A DNA stretch of 64,000 bases from Candidatus Poribacteria bacterium. GTDB lineage: Bacteria > Poribacteria > WGA-4E > WGA-3G. Positions 10,460-20,061 of the stretch are shown here, in pieces. The notes under the pieces are model-generated. The model was given only the letters and a program-made list of their open reading frames with translations, ran no database searches and was not told the origin of the DNA. Numbering within the stretch: position 1 is the first letter of the stretch; every line of letters begins with the position of its first letter. Made by a program: the position numbers and the translations under genes. The stretch covers positions 4,352,001 to 4,416,000 of the forward strand of contig OZ251518.1 of the NCBI GenBank assembly GCA_965242965.1, in the 5' to 3' direction.

Positions 10460-10583
10460 CATGTCTTGCAGGGTTTCGCATCGTCAGGTTTTCGATGCAA
10501 TTTTTCATCTGAAGGCGGCAGTTCGCGCAACGCCGCCTCATTACCACAGACGGTTTTTGCGCCGTTTGACAAGGAGGCAATAC

Positions 10584-11171
10584 ATGCGTTTTGGTTTATT
10601 CGCGATACTCCTCTGTGCGGTGATAGGGATGTCGGGATGTATTCTTTCGTCCACTCCCTCCCTCAATTGGAGTAAAAACATCGCCATCGTGGCGACGAGC
10701 CAAGATTCAAAGTTTCACGACGACAATATCCACACTCAGGGTGAAACCGGTCCGATTCTCTCAGCCGAAAAAGATGAAGCCGCCCAGATGGAGGCAGATA
10801 AATTCACTGAGGCTGTTTTAGAATGGGGGAAGCCGCAGACTATCCAGCAGATTGTCGTCAAAGCGCAGGAAGGGGAGCTGGAATTCTTCGCGATTCAGTA
10901 TATGGATGAAGGCGGAAAGTGGGTAACGGTGAAAGAGGTGAGAGACAACATCCGCGAAGTCTACAGATACACCTTGAAAGAGCCGGTTCTGACGACGAAG
11001 TTCCGGTTGAAAGTGCCGCGGCAGTGGGAGTCGCGCCGCGTCGGCGGCCAGAAACGTTCAAGGCGCAGTGAGAGTGGTGCCCCGAGCGCGTCAGAGTATA
11101 AGAAGATTCAGGAAATTGAGCTCTACTACGCGCTGCCCCCCGAGCCGGGGGAATCGGCATCAGCGGAGTGA
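10584..11171 (+). CDS. Lipoprotein, probable discoidin-like fold (paralog of upstream gene)
   Basis: AGGAGG RBS, lipobox MSGC, KFRLKV...IQEIELY. Confidence 0.6.
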   Translation: MRFGLFAILLCAVIGMSGCILSSTPSLNWSKNIAIVATSQDSKFHDDNIHTQGETGPILSAEKDEAAQMEADKFTEAVLEWGKPQTIQQIVVKAQEGELEFFAIQYMDEGGKWVTVKEVRDNIREVYRYTLKEPVLTTKFRLKVPRQWESRRVGGQKRSRRSESGAPSASEYKKIQEIELYYALPPEPGESASAE

Positions 11172-11197
11172 GTCTATGCATCCGCAGCACCATTACA

Positions 11198-11660
11198 CCG
11201 TAGGGCGAGGGCCTGTCCCTCGCCATGCTGCGATCGCGGGGGACAGGTCTGCTCTCTCCCTTGCGCTACGAGAAAAAAAACGGTGCCGTTTACCGTAGGG
11301 CGAGGGCCTGTCCCTCGCCATGCATCCGCAGCACCATTTGCACCGTAGGCGAGCGGGTTTCCCTCGCATGCAGCGATCGCGGGGGACAGGCCCCCGCGCT
11401 ACGGTTAAAGAAAACGGTTACCTTCGCGGGGGACAGGCCCCGCGCTACGGAAAAAAAGCGTGCCGTTTACCGTAGGGCTTGGGCCCTCGGATGCCACACG
11501 CGCATCCGAGCGGGTTCCCCTCGCCATGCAGCGATCGCGGGGGACAGGCCCCCGCGCTACGGTTAAAAAAACGTTCACCTTCGCGGGGGACAGGCCCCCG
11601 CGCTACGGTTAAAAAAGCGTGCCGTTCACCGTAGGGCGAGGGCCTGTCCCTCGCCATGCA
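11198..11660. repeat. BIME-like array of alternating GTAG REP palindromes
   Basis: Repeated GTAGGGCGAGGGCCTGTCCCTCGCC and CGCGGGGGACAGGCCCCCGCGCTAC units. Confidence 0.85.
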
Positions 11661-11704
11661 CCAAAGCAACGGAACCCTAATCGAACACATTGCGAACGAC
11701 GAAA

Positions 11705-12898
11705 ATGTTCTCCAACGAAACAAAAAGCCTCATTCATCTCAATCTGATTCAAGGCGTGGGCCCTAAAACCGTTCAAGTCTTGTTTGAACTTTTCGGTAGC
11801 GCAGAACAGGCACTGAACGCGACACAGGCGGAATTAGAGAAGAGAGAGAATCTCTCGCCTGCAATTCGTGAACTGCTTATCCGAAAACAGGTCAAGATTC
11901 CGCTCGAAAAGGAGTTGGAACTGATTGAGCAATACGGGTGTCAGGTTATAACGCAGGACGATGCGGCGTATCCGCCACTTTTGAAAGAAATCGCCGATGC
12001 ACCGTTGATGCTTTATGTCAAAGGGGAACTCAAACCGGAGGATGCGCTCAGCATCTCGTGCGTGGGTTCTCGGAGCGCGAAGGACTATGGGCGGCAGGTC
12101 AGCCATCGATTCAGTTATCAACTCGCGCAACGCGGCGTAACCGTGGTGAGTGGGCTGGCACGGGGAATTGACACCAATGCGCATCGCGGCGCGCTTGACG
12201 CTGGCGGCAGGACGATTGCTGTCATGGGCAACGGGCTGAGCCTTATTTATCCTGCCTCAAACGATAAATTGGCGGAGGAGATTATGCAAGCCGGCGCGTT
12301 AATCTCCGAATTTCCGATGGGCATGCAACCGATGGGCAAGAACTTCCCCCGGCGGAATCGTATCATTAGCGGCATGACACTCGGCACCATCGTCGTGGAG
12401 GCATCGAATCGGAGCGGCGCGCTGATTACCGCGCGGCATGCACTGGAACAGGGACGGGAGGTGTTCGCCGTCCCGGGTCCGATTTTCTCCGAACTTTCAA
12501 CCGGCACCCATAAACTCATTAGAGAAGGCGCAGGGTTGGTGCACTCTGTCGAGGAACTTCTTGAAGCACTCCCGCAACACGCGCGAAATATGCTGTCTAC
12601 GTCAATGTCAATGCCGCTGGACACCCCCGCTACAGACGCACCTTCTTCCACCGAAGCTGAACCCCGTAGGCGCGCGTCCAGTTCTGTCCCGACATCACCT
12701 GAACCCGCGGCACCGTTACCCGAACTCACCGATGATGAAAAAACGGTATTTCAGGCGATTGAGGCACCGTCAACCCACATTGACGTTATCGTCCAAACAA
12801 CACAAATGCCGGTAGGCAAGGTATCCAGTGTGCTATTGATGTTGGAGTTGAAAGGCGTTGTGCAGCAATTGCCGGGCAAATTTTTTTGTTGTTCCTAA
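11705..12898 (+). CDS. dprA: DNA-processing protein DprA
   Basis: VSGLARGID, FPRRNRIISG, SGALITA, C-terminal wHTH LLMLELKG. Confidence 0.95.
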   Translation: MFSNETKSLIHLNLIQGVGPKTVQVLFELFGSAEQALNATQAELEKRENLSPAIRELLIRKQVKIPLEKELELIEQYGCQVITQDDAAYPPLLKEIADAPLMLYVKGELKPEDALSISCVGSRSAKDYGRQVSHRFSYQLAQRGVTVVSGLARGIDTNAHRGALDAGGRTIAVMGNGLSLIYPASNDKLAEEIMQAGALISEFPMGMQPMGKNFPRRNRIISGMTLGTIVVEASNRSGALITARHALEQGREVFAVPGPIFSELSTGTHKLIREGAGLVHSVEELLEALPQHARNMLSTSMSMPLDTPATDAPSSTEAEPRRRASSSVPTSPEPAAPLPELTDDEKTVFQAIEAPSTHIDVIVQTTQMPVGKVSSVLLMLELKGVVQQLPGKFFCCS

Positions 12899-12900
12899 GG

Positions 12901-13249
12901 GAGGGGTTTCATATATCAATGCCTTCCGGTAGGAGAGACCTCCCGGTCTCGATTCTTCGGGTAGGAGAGACCTCCCGGTCTCGATGCCTCCTCGGTAGGA
13001 GAGACCTCCCGGTCTTGATTAGGTAAGGCGTGCCCAATCTCGACCTGTTCGGGTGCAGGCGCACCCGAACTACAGGGCTAGCGTGCGCGCCGCTTGTAGT
13101 TCAGGAGCACCTGCTCCTGAACTGTTTGTGATCAGACGCTTGCAAAAGACAAATGTCTTCTTGATACGCACCACATCGAGACCAGGAGGAAGAAATCGAG
13201 ACCAGGAGGTCTCTCCTACCGGGAAGAAATCAAGATATGAAACACCCTC
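12901..13249. mobile_element. MITE-like element with degenerate left TIR and REP cargo
   Basis: GAGGGGTTTCATAT ... ATATGAAACACCCTC; TSD unclear. Confidence 0.6.
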
Positions 13250-13266
13250 AATTAAGGGAGGCATCC

Positions 13267-13842
13267 ATGGCCACCGTTGCAGCACAAACCTACTTTACGC
13301 CGGAGGAATACATCGCTCTGGAACGCAAGGCGGAATTCAGGAACGAGTACTTCTCCGGACAAATCGTTCCAATGTCCAGTGGGAGTTACAATCACAGTCT
13401 CATCGTCACGAATATATTAGGCGAACTTCACCTCCAATTCAAGGGACAGGGATGTGAAGTGCTCACTCACAGGATGCGAGTGAGGGCGATTCCAAGGGAT
13501 ACCTATGTTTACCCGGATGTGGTTGTTGTCTGCGGCGAGCCCGAGTTTGAGGATGATACCTTTGATACCCTCCTCAACCCCATTCTCATCGTGGAAGTGC
13601 TGTCGCCTTCCACCGAGGCGTATGACAGAGGTGAAAAATTCGCGCGCTACAAACACCTCGCGTCCTTGCAAGAATACGTTCTCGTCTTGCAAGACAAGGT
13701 GTGGGTAGAACACCATCGCTGCCACGGCACACAATGGGTGCTCAGCCATTATCGCGCCTTGGAAGAGGTTTTACTGCTTCCCTCCATCGGATGTGAATTG
13801 CCCTTGCGCGACATCTACGCACGAGTCATACAGAATGATTAA
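13267..13842 (+). CDS. Uma2/DUF820 family endonuclease-like protein
   Basis: YPDVVVVC, IVEVLSPST, DRGEKF, LQEYVLV. Confidence 0.9.
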   Translation: MATVAAQTYFTPEEYIALERKAEFRNEYFSGQIVPMSSGSYNHSLIVTNILGELHLQFKGQGCEVLTHRMRVRAIPRDTYVYPDVVVVCGEPEFEDDTFDTLLNPILIVEVLSPSTEAYDRGEKFARYKHLASLQEYVLVLQDKVWVEHHRCHGTQWVLSHYRALEEVLLLPSIGCELPLRDIYARVIQND

Positions 13843-13853
13843 AGGAGACACTC

Positions 13854-14429
13854 ATGGCCACCGTTGCAGCCCAAACCTACTTTACGCCAGAAGAATACAT
13901 TGCTTTGGAACGCAAAGCGGAATACAAAAGCGAATACTTTGACGGACACATCATCGCAATGGCCGGCGCAAGCAGCAAGCATAATCTCATCACGGGAGAT
14001 ATATTTTATGGGCTCTACCCGCAATTAATAGGGCATGGGTGCGAAATTTTTACCAGCGATATGCGAGTGCGGGCGAGCCTGGGCGATGCCTACTTTTATC
14101 CCGATGTGGTTGTTGTCTGTGGCGAGCCCGAGTTTGAGGATGATGTCTTTGACACGCTTCTCAACCCCATTGTCATCGTGGAAGTGCTTTCACCTTCTAC
14201 CGAGGCGTATGACAGAGGTGAAAAATTCGCGCGATACAAACACCTCGCGTCCTTGCAAGAATACGTTCTTGTCTCGCAAGACAAGGTGTGGGTAGAACAC
14301 CATCGCCGCCACGGCACACAATGGATGCTCAGCCATTATCGCGCGCTAGAAGACGTGCTGCCGCTTCCCTCTATCGGATGTGAATTGCCCTTGCGCGATA
14401 TATACGCACGAGTCACCGTAAAGAATTAA
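13854..14429 (+). CDS. Uma2/DUF820 family endonuclease-like protein
   Basis: Same motifs; tandem paralog. Confidence 0.9.
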   Translation: MATVAAQTYFTPEEYIALERKAEYKSEYFDGHIIAMAGASSKHNLITGDIFYGLYPQLIGHGCEIFTSDMRVRASLGDAYFYPDVVVVCGEPEFEDDVFDTLLNPIVIVEVLSPSTEAYDRGEKFARYKHLASLQEYVLVSQDKVWVEHHRRHGTQWMLSHYRALEDVLPLPSIGCELPLRDIYARVTVKN

Positions 14430-14440
14430 AGGAGAGAGAC

Positions 14441-15031
14441 ATGGCCACCGTTGCAGCCCAAACCTACTTTACGCCCGAGGAATACATCGCTTTGGAACGC
14501 AAAGCACACTTCAAAAGCGAATATTTTGACGGACATATTATCGCAATGTCCGGTGCAAGCTTTAAACATAGCCTCATTGTCTCCAATATATCGGGTGAAC
14601 TTCACCTCCAATTCAAGGGGCGAGGATGTTCAGTTCATACCAACGATATGCGGGTGCGGCCGAGCCTGGGCGATGCCTACTTCTATCCGGATGTCGTCGT
14701 TGTCTGCGGGGAGCCCGAGTTTGAGGATGATGTCTTTGACACGCTCCTCAATCCAATTGTCATCGTTGAGGTGCTATCACCTTCAACGGAGAGACGTGAC
14801 AGGGGCGAAAAATTCGCTCGCTACAAACACCTCACCTCCTTGCAAGAATATCTCCTCGTTTCGCAAGACAGCGTGCGCGTTGAACACCATCGCCGCCACG
14901 TTGCACAGTGGATGCTCAGCCACTATCGCGCCTTGGAGGAAGTGCTATTGCTTCCCTCAATCGGATGCCAGTTATCTCTGCGCGATATCTACCGGCGCAT
15001 CACATTTTCTCACGAGACAGAAAACGCATAA
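14441..15031 (+). CDS. Uma2/DUF820 family endonuclease-like protein
   Basis: Same motifs; tandem paralog. Confidence 0.9.
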   Translation: MATVAAQTYFTPEEYIALERKAHFKSEYFDGHIIAMSGASFKHSLIVSNISGELHLQFKGRGCSVHTNDMRVRPSLGDAYFYPDVVVVCGEPEFEDDVFDTLLNPIVIVEVLSPSTERRDRGEKFARYKHLTSLQEYLLVSQDSVRVEHHRRHVAQWMLSHYRALEEVLLLPSIGCQLSLRDIYRRITFSHETENA

Positions 15032-15058
15032 AAGCGGACTTCGCTAAGGGTAAACACC

Positions 15059-16036
15059 ATGAACGCAACAGAATTAGAATTTGAAAAACCACTCATCGAA
15101 CTGGAACACCACCTCACGCAACTAGAGCTCTTCGCGCAAAATCATCCAACGTTGGAGCTCGCCGAAGGAATTGGTGCATTAAAACAGAACGTCAACGCGC
15201 TCACAAAGCAAACGTTCCAAACGCTCAGCCGATGGGATAAAGTTCGGTTAGCACGGCACCCGCAGCGGCCCCAAGCCGCTGTCTACATTGACGCGCTCTT
15301 GGAAGAACCGCTTGAACTCCACAGCGATAAATTATATGGCGACGACAGAGCCCTTGTCGGCGGTTTGGCGTGGTTTGAGGGACAACCTGTCGTCTATCTC
15401 GCGCAGCAGAAAGGCACGAACCTCCAAGAACGACAGGAGACGAACTTCGGCTATACGCACCCCGAAGGCTACCGCAAAGCGCGACGGCTAATGCAGTTGG
15501 CAGACAAATTCAATCGTCCCCTAATTTGCTTTGTGGATACACCCGGCGCGCACTTCGATCTTCGTTCCGAAGAATACGGACAAGCGATGGCCATTGCCGA
15601 AAACCTCGCCGAGATGATGCAGCTGCGCGTCCCCATACTCGCCGTTATCATCGGCGAAGGCGGCAGCGGCGGCGCACTCGCCATCGCCCTCGGCAACCGC
15701 GTGTTGATGCTAGAATACGCCATATACTGCGTCGCGCCACCCGAAGCATGCAGCGGCATCGTATGGAAAGACAAAGGCGAGCATGCCCCGGAAGCCACAG
15801 AAGGCTATAAACCGACTGCCCCAGACCTGCTTCAATTAGGCATTATCGACGAGGTTATCCGTGAGCCCCTCGGCGGCGCGCACCGTGATGCCGATACCGC
15901 CGCACAGAATGTCAAACGTGCACTCCGGAAACACCTCGCCGAGTTGATGCAGCTGAGCCCGCAACAACTCGTCCAGCAACGGTACGAACGGTATCGGCAC
16001 ATCGGGCTTTATGGTGAAGACGCTCCTAGAATCTAG
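15059..16036 (+). CDS. accA: Acetyl-CoA carboxylase carboxyltransferase alpha subunit
   Basis: LEFEKP, ARHPQRP, PEGYRKA, GEGGSGGA. Confidence 0.95.
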   Translation: MNATELEFEKPLIELEHHLTQLELFAQNHPTLELAEGIGALKQNVNALTKQTFQTLSRWDKVRLARHPQRPQAAVYIDALLEEPLELHSDKLYGDDRALVGGLAWFEGQPVVYLAQQKGTNLQERQETNFGYTHPEGYRKARRLMQLADKFNRPLICFVDTPGAHFDLRSEEYGQAMAIAENLAEMMQLRVPILAVIIGEGGSGGALAIALGNRVLMLEYAIYCVAPPEACSGIVWKDKGEHAPEATEGYKPTAPDLLQLGIIDEVIREPLGGAHRDADTAAQNVKRALRKHLAELMQLSPQQLVQQRYERYRHIGLYGEDAPRI

Positions 16037-16038
16037 CA

Positions 16039-16360
16039 AGTAGCGCGGGGGCCTGCCCCCCCGCGATCAAACCGCTGTCCAGAACGTAGCGCGGGGGCCT
16101 GTCCCCCGCGATCAAACCGCTGTCCGGAACGTAGCGCGGGGGCCTGTCCCCCGCGATCGCTCCGGTGAAGGATGCCGTTTTTTACCGTAGCGCGGGGGCC
16201 TGTCCCCCGCGATCGTCCGAGGATGCGAACGATGGCGAGGGACAGGCCCTCGCCCTACGGTAAGACGGGGCCCCTCTGTAGGTCAAGAGCGCCTGCTCTT
16301 GACCCGTTCGGGAGCGGGCGCTCCCGAACTACGGTCTCTGGGCCCGGCGAGGGCCCTCGC
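16039..16360. repeat. REP array
   Basis: Four GTAGCGCGGGGGCCTGTCCCCCGCGATC-type units plus other REP classes. Confidence 0.85.
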
Positions 16361-16377
16361 CATACGGAGAATAAAAC

Positions 16378-17520
16378 ATGAAAATCCGAACCATCACCAC
16401 TGGCATCCCATCGCCATTTTCACATGACTACCTCCAGCACGCCGCCGAATTCAACGCCGCGTGCCGAACCCGTTTTCAAGCAAACGGCTACGAGGTGCAA
16501 TCAACGCGCCTCAGCACACAAGTCTGGAACGCCGAAATAGACGTGGCGGATATCTTCGCTTTAGAACAAAAAACAGAAGCGTTAGGCATCGAATTCCTCA
16601 GTCTCGGCACAATATTTCCCGCGCATCCCAACGCCGCACAGCACTTTGAAACCGTCGCCGACGCAATCGTCAAAACCGAAACCTTCTTCGCCTCCACCTC
16701 TATAGGCATGAAGCCAGACCTTTTAACAGAAAAAGGAGCGTCAAAGTTCTTAGCGCGCACCGCCAAAATCATCCAGCAGATAGCGCGCCGCACCGAGAAC
16801 GGATACGGCAACCTCCGCTTCGCCGCCTTGATGAATTGCCCACCGAATACCCCCTTCTTCCCCGCCGCATACTGGCAAGATACCGGTATAAACTTCGGCA
16901 TCGGATGGCAAGCCGCTGACTTGGTATATGACACCTTCGCTGACGCACCCGACTTAAACACCGCCCTCCAGCACCTCAAAACGCGCATGGAAACAGAGGG
17001 ACAAAAGGTTGTCACCATCGCGCAAACCCTCGCACAGGAACATAACGTAAAGTTTGTCGGCATAGACGTATCCCCCGCGCCCATGGCAGACGAAAGCATC
17101 GCCTACGCAATAGAGCAACAACTCCCTGGCCGCTTCGGCGAACGCGGCACCTTAACCGTCTGTGCAAACTTGACACGCACTCTCCGCGCCCTAGAGCTCC
17201 CGTTATGCGGCTATTCCGGACTCATGCTCCCCGTGCTTGAAGACATCGGCTTAGGACAACGAAGCCAAGCTGGTTGCTTTAACCTAGACAGCCTCCTCCT
17301 CTACTCTGCTGTCTGCGGCACCGGTTTAGACACCATCCCCATCCCCGGCGATGCCTCCACAACCCAAATCAGTGCTATTCTAGCAGACGTAGCCACCCTC
17401 TCTGCGCGTCTTTCCAAACCGTTATCTGTCCGCCTTTTTCCCGTGCCTGCCCTCAAAGCCGGCGAGATGACCCGGTTTGAATCACCGTATTTGACCAATA
17501 CCACGGTGATGTCAATATAA
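16378..17520 (+). CDS. DUF711/PFL-like family protein
   Basis: MKIRTITTG start, GYSGLMLPVLED, SAVCGTGLDTIP. Confidence 0.8.
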   Translation: MKIRTITTGIPSPFSHDYLQHAAEFNAACRTRFQANGYEVQSTRLSTQVWNAEIDVADIFALEQKTEALGIEFLSLGTIFPAHPNAAQHFETVADAIVKTETFFASTSIGMKPDLLTEKGASKFLARTAKIIQQIARRTENGYGNLRFAALMNCPPNTPFFPAAYWQDTGINFGIGWQAADLVYDTFADAPDLNTALQHLKTRMETEGQKVVTIAQTLAQEHNVKFVGIDVSPAPMADESIAYAIEQQLPGRFGERGTLTVCANLTRTLRALELPLCGYSGLMLPVLEDIGLGQRSQAGCFNLDSLLLYSAVCGTGLDTIPIPGDASTTQISAILADVATLSARLSKPLSVRLFPVPALKAGEMTRFESPYLTNTTVMSI

Positions 17521-17534
17521 TACGCTCCCCAGAG

Positions 17535-17850
17535 ACCGTAGTTCGGGAGCACCTGCTCCCGAACGGGTCAAGAGCAGGCGCTCTTGACCTACAGAGGGGC
17601 CACGTTTTACCGTAGGGCGAGGGCCTGTCCCTCGCCGTGCCTGGACCTTGGAAAAGACCGTAGTTCGGGAGTGCCTGCTCCCGAACGGTTCAAGATCGGG
17701 CGATCTTGACCTACAGAGGGGCCCACGTCTTACCGTAGGGCGAGGGCCTGTCCCTCGCCATGCAACGATCGCGAGGGACAGGCCCTCGCGCTACGGTGTA
17801 AGCGACACTTCTCGCAACGCTTGCGGGGGACAGGCCCCCGCGCTACGGTA
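17535..17850. repeat. REP array
   Basis: Tandem GTAGTTCGGGAGC...CTCCCGAAC and GTAGGGCGAGGGCC units. Confidence 0.8.
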
Positions 17851-17906
17851 ACCATGCCCCGCCATCCTTCCCAATCGCCCAATCCCAAAAACCCGCAATA
17901 AAAAAA

Positions 17907-17935
17907 TTGACATTTTTCCACTGTTATGATATAAT
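17907..17935 (+). promoter_or_regulatory. Consensus sigma70 promoter
   Basis: TTGACA-17 bp-TATAAT with TG extension. Confidence 0.75.
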
Positions 17936-18346
17936 TTAAAACATAATGCCGAATAGGCTGCGCGCGACACAACTGCAAACCCTAACCGCACGTTACCCGC
18001 AAACCGGGCATCGCGCAACAGAACAACTATTATGATTACACGAAACAACCTCCGCAAACTCACTCGCGAAACCGGTGTCGTCCTCGCGCTCTGACCTACA
18101 GAATGGGGCGGCTCGGTCACCGTAGGGCGAGGGCCCTCGGATGCCACCCGCGCAGGCGAGCGGGTTTCCCTCGCCGTGCCTAGATCTTGTAAAAGAACGT
18201 AGGGCGAGGGCCTGTCCCTCGCCATGCAGCGATCGCGGGGGACAGGCCCCGCGCTACGGGGTCAGCGGCATTTCTCGCAGCGATCGCGGGAGACAGGCCC
18301 CCGCGCTTTTGACAAAAATAGGATAGCCGCCGAAAGAGGAATACCC

Positions 18347-19804
18347 ATGAACCAAAAACCGCACGTCCTACTCATCACGACAGACCACTGGCCCAACTCC
18401 CTGCTAGGAGTCAGCGGACACCCAAAAATCCAAACGCCGACGTTAGACGCGCTCGCGCGCGCAGGCACCCGTTTCACGCGCGGTTATAGCGAATGTCCAG
18501 TCTGTGTCCCCGCGCGAAAAACGCTCATGACAGGCACGCCGCCCCGCACTCACCGAGACAGGGTTTTCAACGACAGGCAAGGCTTAAACGGCATCCCGAC
18601 AATCGCGCAGACCTTCCGCGATGCCGGGTATCAGGCTTACGCTGTCGGCAAACTGCATGTCCATCCGCAGCGCAACCGCATCGGATTTGACGATGTCATC
18701 CTCGGCGAAGAAGGCAGACTGCAACACGGCGTAATAGACGATTATGAACTTTTCCTCGGCGACCGGGGTTATGCCGGACAGCAATTCGCCGGCGGCATGT
18801 GCAACAACGATTACCTCAACCGCCCCTGGCACCTCCCCGAAGACTGCCACGTCACGAATTGGAGCACGCAACAGATGGTGCGCATGCTCAAACGCCGAGA
18901 TCCGACGCGGCCAGGGTTCTGGTATCTCTCCTACTGCCATCCGCATCCGCCTTTGGCACCGCTGCAGTGCTACATGGACATGTATCGCGATAGCGGCGTG
19001 GACATGCCGTATTGCGGCGAGTGGGCAGCCGATACCGATAATTTGCCGTGGCCCTTAAAAGCGCGTCAGATGCAAGACGCGCATTTCACCGAAGACCTGG
19101 TTCGTTCCGCGCGTCAGGCATTTTACGCGCTTTGCACGCACATCGATCATCAGTTGCGCGTCGTTATCGGCACACTGCGCGAAGAAGGATTGCTCAACAA
19201 CACAATTATCCTCTTTACGTCCGACCACGGTGACATGCTCGGCAACCATCAGTTATGGGCAAAACGGCTCTTTTACGAAGATTCCGCCAACGTCCCGATG
19301 CTCCTCGTCGGCACCGCAGGCGATGAACGCGTTGGGAATCACCGCGTTGACGATAGACTCGTCGGCTGGCAAGACGTGATGCCGACGCTGCTCCACCTCG
19401 CAGGGATTGATGTCCCGGAAACGGTAGAAGGCATCCCTATGGTAGGCGATGAAAAACGCGAGTGGCTGTATGGCGAATGTAGCGAAGGCGCGAACGCGAC
19501 GCGCATGATTCACGACGGCCGTTTCAAACTCATCTACTACGCCACCGGCAACTGCACGCAACTCTTCGATTTACAGGAAGACCCGAGTGAGTTGCATAAC
19601 CTTGCAGACTCATCTGCGCACGCCTACACCGTTGCACGCTTGACGAACCACCTCATCGGTGAACTCTACGGCGGCGATGAAAACTGGGTGCAAGACGGTG
19701 CTCTCGTCGGCTTGTCAGACAGAGAGTATCGTCCCTCTCCGAATCGGGCGTTATCGGGACAACGCGGGCTGCATTGGCCCCCGCCGCCATCTGCGGGCCG
19801 TTGA
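18347..19804 (+). CDS. Sulfatase
   Basis: CVPAR formylglycine motif, GKLH, TSDHGDMLG; RBS GAGGA. Confidence 0.92.
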   Translation: MNQKPHVLLITTDHWPNSLLGVSGHPKIQTPTLDALARAGTRFTRGYSECPVCVPARKTLMTGTPPRTHRDRVFNDRQGLNGIPTIAQTFRDAGYQAYAVGKLHVHPQRNRIGFDDVILGEEGRLQHGVIDDYELFLGDRGYAGQQFAGGMCNNDYLNRPWHLPEDCHVTNWSTQQMVRMLKRRDPTRPGFWYLSYCHPHPPLAPLQCYMDMYRDSGVDMPYCGEWAADTDNLPWPLKARQMQDAHFTEDLVRSARQAFYALCTHIDHQLRVVIGTLREEGLLNNTIILFTSDHGDMLGNHQLWAKRLFYEDSANVPMLLVGTAGDERVGNHRVDDRLVGWQDVMPTLLHLAGIDVPETVEGIPMVGDEKREWLYGECSEGANATRMIHDGRFKLIYYATGNCTQLFDLQEDPSELHNLADSSAHAYTVARLTNHLIGELYGGDENWVQDGALVGLSDREYRPSPNRALSGQRGLHWPPPPSAGR

Positions 19805-20061
19805 GATACCTCGGGTTTTGATGCATCCCGGTAGGAGAGACCTCCTGGTCTCGATGTATTCCAGTAGGAGAGACCTCCTGGTCTCGATTCTATTTGCGAT
19901 CAGGCGATCGCAAACTACAGAACGGGGAGGATTCGATGTCCCCCGGTAGGAGAGACCTCCTGGTCTCGATGCATTCCGTCCTTCGGATTCGGGACCGGGA
20001 GGTCCCTCCTATGCGAGAAAATGGCATTCGCACCAAAAACTAAATGCCTCAGCCTTAAACG

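Noticed and set aside
11198-11660. Possible CRISPR array (also 16039-16360 and 32070-32600)
   Set aside because: Units alternate in orientation and class, the linkers resemble each other rather than being unique spacers, and no cas genes are present.
13267-15031. Diversity-generating retroelement acting on the Uma2 genes
   Set aside because: No reverse transcriptase in the window, and the differences are not adenine-restricted.
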